This document shows positions 58,801-64,000 of a stretch of DNA of 64,000 bases, piece after piece. The translations under genes and the position numbers were made by a program. How positions within the stretch are numbered: position 1 is the first letter of the stretch; each line of letters begins with the position of its first letter. The DNA is from Bacteroidetes bacterium UBA3022. Its GTDB lineage: Bacteria > Bacteroidota > Bacteroidia > Chitinophagales > BACL12. The notes under the pieces are model-generated. The model was not told the DNA's origin. It did not search any database and saw nothing but the letters and a program-made list of their open reading frames with translations. The stretch covers positions 90,588-154,587 of the forward strand of contig DDYY01000079.1 of NCBI GenBank assembly GCA_002346225.1. The letters run 5' to 3'.

Positions 58801-59694
58801 GACCCTGCAACCAGCAATCCCTACACCTTTACTGAGCAAAGCAATGTTATATACAAAGGCAAGGCGAGCGTTACCAACGGAGCATTTGAATTTGAATTCA
58901 TAGTTCCCAAAGACATTTCCTACACCTTCGGGAATGGTAAGCTGAGCTTTTATGCCGAGAACGGAGTGGAAGATGCGGGTGGCTATGAAAATAATGTGAT
59001 TGTAGGTGGCGCCTCCGATTCTGCTGCAAACGACCTGAGTGGTCCTGAAGTAAGTGTATACATGAATGATGAGACCTTCGTATTCGGGGGTCTTACCGAT
59101 GAAAATCCGCTGTTGTACATTGTTCTGGAAGATGAAAACGGCATCAATACCGTGGGCAATGGCATCGGTCACGATATTATGGCGCGCATCAATGATGATG
59201 ATGCCGGACTGGAACTGAACGATTATTACGAATCCGACCTCGATAGTTACCAGAGTGGCAAGGTCAGCTATCCTTTGTACGATTTACCTGCGGGACGCCA
59301 TGCCGTGCGCGTGGAAGCCTGGGATGTATACAATAATTCGGGGGAGGGATATACAGAGTTTGTTGTAGCGGAAAGTGCCGAGCTGGCGCTGGATCACGTG
59401 CTGAATTACCCCAACCCCTTCACCACCAATACTGAATTCTGGTTTGAACACAACCGCCCCGGAGATGTTCTGGATGTGAAAGTGGAGATTTTTACCGTCA
59501 GCGGGAAGCTCATCAAGACCATTTTACAGCAGGTGAGCACCGATGGCTACCGCGTCTCCGGAATCGGCTGGGATGGGCTGGACAATTTCGGTGACCCCAT
59601 AGGTCGAGGCGTATATGTGTATAAAATTTCTGTCCGGGCATTATCAGATAATGCCAAAGTGAGCGTTTTTGAAAAGCTGGTCGTTTTAAGGTAA
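55822..59694 (+). CDS. porU: Type IX secretion system sortase PorU (C25/gingipain-family peptidase)
   Basis: About 1290 aa from ATG 55822 (MIFQFGTFSSTRWIATAMLTFFASVVVSAQ). Catalytic His context NWTGHGN and Cys context FITATCSFSRYD. C-terminal CTD LNYPNPFTTNTEFWFEH...GVYVYKISVRA. Immediately upstream of porV. Confidence 0.88.
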   Translation: MIFQFGTFSSTRWIATAMLTFFASVVVSAQSELLRKDIRPEWESTPLEITAPDGVNIIRLPAFKGAAYTSDERPLPYLTVQCPSPKGSSIDVRLDNARYESYQWPGNRATPRLGNTAELSVSTGYEKGRPLTSIAIVPLRNNPSTGQLERLVSGTLVVSASPSTLRLDATEHVYADQSQLADGTWYKVSVTQTGIYRIDKAFLESLGINTTTLNAATLGIFGYGIGMLPEANSADNPDDLVENAVYRVGLADGSFDDGDYILWYAVGPHTWEYDTALATYRHTTHPYSNKSCYFISPNRGTNKSLTTIAVSPAVPTYTSTSFDHLVVWDNDDLNLIRSGRRFFDFGFNAFSNLRTYSTTIPNIITDEPALIRYFLAAKSSAGASTFTISGNGLNVSRLLSSVPESTESNYASSVQGEDSFLPTNGNITFNVSFAGPAGSDGWLDDIELVVRRSATYNSGQLLFRDSRGIGEVTRYLFNGPDDAIIWDVTDPTNAAIQAYFYTGGQIDFTRDADSLLQFIAFFTEDALPAGQITIEGPVANQNLHNSSLQPDLIIVSHPDYMAESRRLAAWHHNVNGLDTLVASTTQVYNEFSSGTADITAIRNMMRMFYDRAAGSEAAMPQYLLLMGDATFDYKNIMTEPGDNTNRVPTYQSYESIHQVLTFPTDDYYVCLDPEEGADMSQAVNLLDVAVGRLPVKSVTEARNVVDKILAYKTPSALGSWRNTICFVADDEDGTTHIDDANDIADWVNENYPQYNINKIYLDAYQQVPGAGGERYPDVNRDINAQIFTGSLIMNWTGHGNEQNWAQERVLGVDDINSWTNFDKLPLFITATCSFSRYDNPERTSAGELILLNPQGGGIGLVTTVRIVYSFQNYVLNSNFFFKIFEPVDGRMPTMGEALTAGKNSVSTSFDAINNRKFLLLGDPALQLNYPQYQIVATEVNGTPVASGTDTLKALAKVNIKGEIRDGGSLLSSFNGIVYPTIFDKPLTITTLENDPATSNPYTFTEQSNVIYKGKASVTNGAFEFEFIVPKDISYTFGNGKLSFYAENGVEDAGGYENNVIVGGASDSAANDLSGPEVSVYMNDETFVFGGLTDENPLLYIVLEDENGINTVGNGIGHDIMARINDDDAGLELNDYYESDLDSYQSGKVSYPLYDLPAGRHAVRVEAWDVYNNSGEGYTEFVVAESAELALDHVLNYPNPFTTNTEFWFEHNRPGDVLDVKVEIFTVSGKLIKTILQQVSTDGYRVSGIGWDGLDNFGDPIGRGVYVYKISVRALSDNAKVSVFEKLVVLR

Positions 59695-59707
59695 GGCCAA
59701 ATAACAC

Positions 59708-59715
59708 TAAATTTG
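59708..59715 (+). promoter_or_regulatory. Candidate -7 box (TAAATTTG) for porV
   Basis: Perfect TAnnTTTG in the 38-nt porU-porV spacer, 18 nt upstream of the ATG at 59733. Confidence 0.4.
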
Positions 59716-59732
59716 CAACCCAATATCTTCTG

Positions 59733-60926
59733 ATGAGAAAAAATTTGTCTGTATTCAGCCTTTTACTGCTGACCCTAAGCAGCCAATGGGCTATGGCTCA
59801 GGTAACTGTCCCCGCCGGTGGAAGCGGAAATGATTACCTCAACACGGTGACCACTGCGGTACCATTTTTGCGTATTGCTCCGGACGCCCGGGGTGGTTCC
59901 ATGGGTGATGTGGGCATTGCCACCAGTCCGGATGCTGCATCCATTTTCTGGAACAATGCGAAAAACGCCTTTCTGGAAGATAATTCCGGTCTTGCCATCA
60001 CCTACACTCCGTGGTTGAGCAATTTGGTCAACGATATCTTTCTGGCATATGTGAACGGATTCTGGAAAATTGACGACCTGTCTACCATTTCCGGCTCCCT
60101 GCGTTATTTCTCACTGGGTAATATCACCTTCACCGACCAGAACGGTCAGGTGTTGCAGGATTTCCGCCCCAATGAATTTGCGATAGATGCGGGTTATGCG
60201 CGCAAGCTTTCCGATAATTTCTCTGTGGGGCTTACACTGAAGTACATCTTCTCCAACCTCGCCTCCGGACAGTTTGTCAATGGTATTCCCATTAAACCGG
60301 CCAATGGTGTAGCAGCAGATATCTCCTTATTCTATACTACTGAATTTGAAATGGGCGATAAAGATGCCTTCCTGAATGCAGGTATGAACATTGCCAATAT
60401 CGGAAATAAGGTAACCTATACCTCCAGTGCTGAGCGGGATTACATCCCCAGCAATCTGGGCGTAGGCGTTTCCCTGGGCGTTCATTTCGACGATTACAAT
60501 AAACTGGCGCTGGCTGTTGATTTCAACAAGCTGCTGGTACCAACTCCTGATACAACAGATATCAATCCTGCCAACGGTATTTTCGACTACAAGGAACTGG
60601 GACCTATCAGCGGTGCCTTCAGCTCTTTCAACGATGCACCGAATGGTTTCAGCGAAGAACTGAATGAAATTACCATAGGCACCGGCCTGGAATACTGGTA
60701 CAACAATCAGTTTGCAGTACGCGGCGGTTACTTCTTTGAAGACCCCACCAAGGGTGGTCGTCAGTTCTTTACCCTGGGTTTAGGACTGCGTTACAATGTC
60801 TTCGGACTTGATTTTTCTTACCTGATTCCGAGCAGCAACCAGCAAAATCCACTGGACAATACTTTGCGCTTTACCCTGAGCTTCGATTTCGAAGCCCTGG
60901 CCGATCAGCAGAAAGACGATCAGTAA
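59733..60926 (+). CDS. porV: Type IX secretion system outer-membrane shuttle/channel protein PorV (LptO)
   Basis: 397 aa with a signal peptide. TAVPFLRIAPDARGGSMGDVGIATSPDAASIFWNNAK is the characteristic PorV N-terminal block. FadL-like beta-barrel pattern. Confidence 0.88.
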   Translation: MRKNLSVFSLLLLTLSSQWAMAQVTVPAGGSGNDYLNTVTTAVPFLRIAPDARGGSMGDVGIATSPDAASIFWNNAKNAFLEDNSGLAITYTPWLSNLVNDIFLAYVNGFWKIDDLSTISGSLRYFSLGNITFTDQNGQVLQDFRPNEFAIDAGYARKLSDNFSVGLTLKYIFSNLASGQFVNGIPIKPANGVAADISLFYTTEFEMGDKDAFLNAGMNIANIGNKVTYTSSAERDYIPSNLGVGVSLGVHFDDYNKLALAVDFNKLLVPTPDTTDINPANGIFDYKELGPISGAFSSFNDAPNGFSEELNEITIGTGLEYWYNNQFAVRGGYFFEDPTKGGRQFFTLGLGLRYNVFGLDFSYLIPSSNQQNPLDNTLRFTLSFDFEALADQQKDDQ

Positions 60927-60943
60927 GCGAACATCATTTCAAT

Positions 60944-60981
60944 AAAAAAGGCACTATTCGAACAGAATGGTGCCTTTTTTT
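60944..60981 (+). terminator. Rho-independent terminator after porV
   Basis: AAAAAAGGCAC (ending at 60954) pairs with GTGCCTTTTTTT (from 60970), with a 15-nt loop and a T7 tract at 60975-60981. Confidence 0.75.
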
Positions 60982-61025
60982 ATGCTGTTGAGTCGGGTGA
61001 TGTGCTTCGGCTACGCAGTTACGGA

Positions 61026-61178
61026 TTGGGGGCAGAGCTATTGACCAGGCAGCAACGAAGCTACCAGGTAGCTTCCAGCCCGGATGGCAGCGGCATCCTG
61101 ACCGGAGTGCAGCGGAGGGCAGATACAGCGAACAGCCGGAAGGCCGGTAGTGGACAGCACACAGGAACTTGCTCCCAA
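61026..61178 (+). other. Unassigned GC-rich, highly self-complementary intergenic element (candidate structured RNA or protein-binding region)
   Basis: Hand count gives 107 G+C in 180 nt (61021-61200). A closing helix pairs TTGGGGGCAG (61026-61035) with TTGCTCCCAA (61169-61178), with two G-U pairs valid only on the plus strand. It also holds a perfect palindrome GAAGCTACC-A-GGTAGCTTC (61057-61075), a GGATG-N7-CATCC hairpin (61082-61098) and GCC-GGAA-GGC (61135-61144). Confidence 0.3.
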
Positions 61179-61199
61179 ACGCACCAATTGCCATTTTCG

Positions 61200-61207
61200 T
61201 AACTTTG
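61200..61207 (+). promoter_or_regulatory. Candidate -7 box (TAACTTTG) for icmF
   Basis: Perfect TAnnTTTG, 22 nt upstream of the ATG at 61230. No well-spaced -33 TTG. Confidence 0.4.
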
Positions 61208-61229
61208 CAGCTCCTCAAACGTGTGAAAT

Positions 61230-64000
61230 ATGCAGGAAGCAACGCCTTATACTCCGCAACATAAAGTTCGAATTGTTACCGCTGCATCGCTTTTCGACGG
61301 GCATGATGCCGCCATCAATATTATGCGCCGCATTATCCAGGCCACTGGCGTGGAAGTCATTCACCTGGGCCACGACCGCAGCGTGGATGAAGTGGTGAAT
61401 TGTGCCATTCAGGAAGACGCCAATGCCATAGCCATGACGAGCTATCAGGGCGGACACGTGGAATATTTAAAATATATGTATGATTTGCTGCAGGAAAAGG
61501 GAGCCGGTCATATCAAAATATTTGGAGGTGGCGGCGGTACCATCCTGCCGGAGGAGATCAATGAATTACACGCGTATGGCATCACCCGTATTTACGCTCC
61601 CGACGATGGGCGGGCGCTGGGGTTGCAGGGCATGATTAACGACCTGGTACAGCAGAGTGATTTCGCGGTTGGCATGCACCTCAACGGAGAGATAGAGCAA
61701 CTGAGTGCCGAAAAACACGGAGCCATTGCCCGCATTATAACAGCGGCAGAAAACTTCCCCAAAGAATCTGCAGCAGCACTGAGCACTATCCGACAGCTGG
61801 CAGCAAATGCCACCGCCCCGATACTGGGCATCACTGGTACAGGAGGTGCAGGAAAATCGAGTCTGGTAGACGAATTGGTGCGCCGCTTTTTACTGCAATA
61901 CCCCGACCGCACCATAGGTATTATATCAGTAGATCCATCGAAAAGAAAAACCGGTGGTGCCTTGCTGGGTGACCGCATCAGGATGAACAGCATCAACAAC
62001 CCCAGGGTGTATATGCGTTCCCTCGCAACGCGTCAGAGTAATCTGGCATTGAGTAAACACGTGGGTGATGCTATTGCTGTATTGAAAGCAGCAGGCTTTG
62101 ACCTGATCATACTGGAAACTTCGGGCATCGGACAAAGCGATACCGAGATTATCGACCACAGCGATGTGAGTCTGTATGTCATGACACCTGAGTACGGTGC
62201 CGCCTCACAACTGGAAAAAATCGATATGCTCGATTTTGCCGATGTGATTGCACTTAATAAGTTCGACAAGCGCGGAGCTATGGATGCGCTGCGCGATGTG
62301 CGCAAGCAGTTCCAGCGGAACCATAAACTATTCGATAAGCAGGTAGATGAAATGCCTGTGCACGGCACCATTGCATCTCAGTTCAATGACCCGGGCACCA
62401 ATACCCTTTTCCAGGTGATCATGGATACTATCTGTGATAAGACAGGAAATGAAATGTTCCGGTCTACCTTTTTGCACGAGGGCGAGATGAGCGAAAAAAT
62501 CTTCATCATTCCCCCGCAAAGAACCCGGTACCTGTCGGAAATTGCTGAAAGCAACCGCCAGTACGACCAGTGGGTGTTGGCGCAAGCAGCCATAGCAGAG
62601 AAGCTTTACCAACTGCAAGGTGCCCATTCTATTTTAAGTGAACAGGAAGCAGATACTTCCGAATTGGATGCAGCTATCAATCAATATCAGCTGGAATTTG
62701 ACCGCAAGAATTATTTATTAATTGAAGACTGGCCGAACAAACGTCAGCGCTATAAAGAAGAGGTGTTTGTTTACCAGGTGCGGGGAAAAGACATTGAGGT
62801 GGAAACCCACAGTCAATCGTTGAGTCATTTACCGATTCCTAAGGTGGTAACGCCGGCTTACTCCAGCTGGGGTGATATACTGAGATGGAGTTTACAAGAA
62901 AATGTGCCGGGTGAATTTCCCTTCACTGCCGGTATCTATCCGTTCAAGCGCCAGGGAGAAGACCCCACACGTATGTTTGCTGGAGAAGGCGGACCGGAGC
63001 GCACGAACCGCCGCTTTCATTATGTGAGTCTGGGCATGCCTGCCAAAAGGCTTTCCACTGCGTTCGATAGTGTAACACTTTATGGCAATGACCCGGGTCA
63101 TCGTCCGGATATCTACGGTAAGATTGGCAACAGTGGCGTTAGCATATGCTGTCTGGACGATGCCAAGAAGCTGTACAGCGGCTTTAATCTCGCCGACCCC
63201 AAGACTTCTGTATCGATGACCATCAACGGACCGGCACCGATGCTGCTGGCCTTTTTCATGAATGCCGCCATTGACCAGCAATGCGAATTGTTTATCAAAG
63301 AGAACGGACTGGAAGAGGAGGTCAACCAGCGGATTGATGCCATCTTTAAAGAGCGGGGTGGTGTGCGACCAGTGTACCATGGCAGTTTGCCGGAGGGCAA
63401 CGACGGTCTCGGGCTCATGTTGCTCGGTGTTACCGGCGACCAGGTGCTGCCTGAAGAAGTATATGAACGCATCAAAGCCGACACACTGAAGCAGGTGCGC
63501 GGAACGGTGCAGGCCGATATCCTGAAAGAAGACCAGGCACAGAATACCTGTATTTTCAGCACTGAGTTTGCACTGCGTTTGATGGGCGATGTGCAACAGT
63601 ATTTTATCGAGCAGCAGGTACGCAACTTCTATTCGGTTTCGATATCCGGTTACCATATTGCGGAAGCCGGGGCCAACCCGATTACGCAGCTTGCCTTTAC
63701 ACTGGCCAATGGTTTCACCTATGTGGAGTACTATTTAAGCAGGGGGATGGACATCAATAAATTCGGACCGAACCTGTCCTTCTTCTTCAGCAATGGCGTA
63801 GATCCGGAATATGCAGTCATTGGTCGTGTGGCACGCCGGATATGGGCCAAAGCCATGAAAGTCAAGTACGGTGCAGATGAGCGCACACAGATGTTGAAGT
63901 ACCATATACAGACATCGGGCAGGAGTCTGCATGCACAAGAGATTGACTTCAATGATATCCGTACGACCCTGCAGGCGTTGTATGCCATTTACGATAATTG
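61230..64000 (+). CDS. icmF: Fused isobutyryl-CoA mutase IcmF (B12-binding domain, MeaI/MeaB-like GTPase, mutase TIM-barrel domain), 3' end outside the window
   Basis: Not in the ORF track (no stop before position 64000). Hand translation gives [32 protein letters not shown] (B12 DxHxxG-type site), P-loop [16 protein letters not shown], then [12 protein letters not shown]...TRMFAGEG and [19 protein letters not shown]. The Phe/Gln pair is diagnostic of isobutyryl-CoA mutase; methylmalonyl-CoA mutase has Tyr/Arg. Confidence 0.88.
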   Translation, partial: MQEATPYTPQHKVRIVTAASLFDGHDAAINIMRRIIQATGVEVIHLGHDRSVDEVVNCAIQEDANAIAMTSYQGGHVEYLKYMYDLLQEKGAGHIKIFGGGGGTILPEEINELHAYGITRIYAPDDGRALGLQGMINDLVQQSDFAVGMHLNGEIEQLSAEKHGAIARIITAAENFPKESAAALSTIRQLAANATAPILGITGTGGAGKSSLVDELVRRFLLQYPDRTIGIISVDPSKRKTGGALLGDRIRMNSINNPRVYMRSLATRQSNLALSKHVGDAIAVLKAAGFDLIILETSGIGQSDTEIIDHSDVSLYVMTPEYGAASQLEKIDMLDFADVIALNKFDKRGAMDALRDVRKQFQRNHKLFDKQVDEMPVHGTIASQFNDPGTNTLFQVIMDTICDKTGNEMFRSTFLHEGEMSEKIFIIPPQRTRYLSEIAESNRQYDQWVLAQAAIAEKLYQLQGAHSILSEQEADTSELDAAINQYQLEFDRKNYLLIEDWPNKRQRYKEEVFVYQVRGKDIEVETHSQSLSHLPIPKVVTPAYSSWGDILRWSLQENVPGEFPFTAGIYPFKRQGEDPTRMFAGEGGPERTNRRFHYVSLGMPAKRLSTAFDSVTLYGNDPGHRPDIYGKIGNSGVSICCLDDAKKLYSGFNLADPKTSVSMTINGPAPMLLAFFMNAAIDQQCELFIKENGLEEEVNQRIDAIFKERGGVRPVYHGSLPEGNDGLGLMLLGVTGDQVLPEEVYERIKADTLKQVRGTVQADILKEDQAQNTCIFSTEFALRLMGDVQQYFIEQQVRNFYSVSISGYHIAEAGANPITQLAFTLANGFTYVEYYLSRGMDINKFGPNLSFFFSNGVDPEYAVIGRVARRIWAKAMKVKYGADERTQMLKYHIQTSGRSLHAQEIDFNDIRTTLQALYAIYDN

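Noticed and set aside
61135-61144. GCC-GGAA-GGC tetraloop hairpin reminiscent of SRP RNA domain IV
   Set aside because: The conserved flanks of the SRP symmetric loop (AGGUCAGGUCC ... GGAAGCAGCC) are absent.
60990-61229. Possible cobalamin riboswitch upstream of the B12-dependent icmF
   Set aside because: Some fragments look superficially similar: AGCCCGGA resembles the start of the B12 box, TGACCAGGCAGCAACGAAG resembles the ...GCAGCGGUAAG core, and GCCGGAAGGCC resembles GGGAAGGC. Against this, their order is wrong for RF00174 and the GGGAA/GGUG/GCCACUG blocks are missing. B12 riboswitches also normally control transport, biosynthesis or B12-independent isozymes. The region is kept only as an unclassified structured element.
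60934-61242. 102-aa minus-strand ORF and 66-aa plus-strand ORF (61002..61202) in the porV-icmF spacer
   Set aside because: Both are low-complexity (R/S/G/C/H-rich). The minus ORF reads through the porV terminator and into the icmF start. There is no start-codon context or promoter. Residual doubt is noted in the findings.

Overview
The window is a dense, almost fully coding chromosomal segment from a Bacteroidota genome. Three things point to that phylum: a type IX secretion (T9SS)/gliding cluster (gldJ, porP/sprF, porU, porV), several secreted proteins with T9SS C-terminal sorting domains (CTDs), and TTG / TAnnTTTG-type promoter boxes in the spacers. The rest is mostly housekeeping: alternative complex III (actA-actB-actC), atpD-atpC, polA, carB, murF, rlmD and an Mla-like ABC pair. 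There is also a Wzx/Wzz/Wzy-like surface-polysaccharide set with GT4 and GT2 glycosyltransferases, and a fused isobutyryl-CoA mutase (icmF) that runs off the right edge. Three CDSs are missing from the supplied ORF track: icmF (no stop in the window), a 48-codon membrane peptide after carB, and the first 36 codons of actC at the left edge. I found no rRNA, tRNA, CRISPR array, transposase, integrase or recognisable defence island. I do not see a compelling new multi-gene system. The best second-look candidates are: (1) a promoter, strong intrinsic terminator and uORF leader in front of a Rof-like gene; (2) an unexplained ~200 bp GC-rich, self-complementary element with a perfect 19-bp palindrome between porV and icmF; (3) a tightly coupled hydrolase / processive GT2 / orphan OppC-like permease / GAF-PP2C operon; (4) a three-gene secreted-protein operon with cohesin+dockerin and 6xPKD+Kazal architectures. 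All product calls come from motif recognition by eye; no database search was run.
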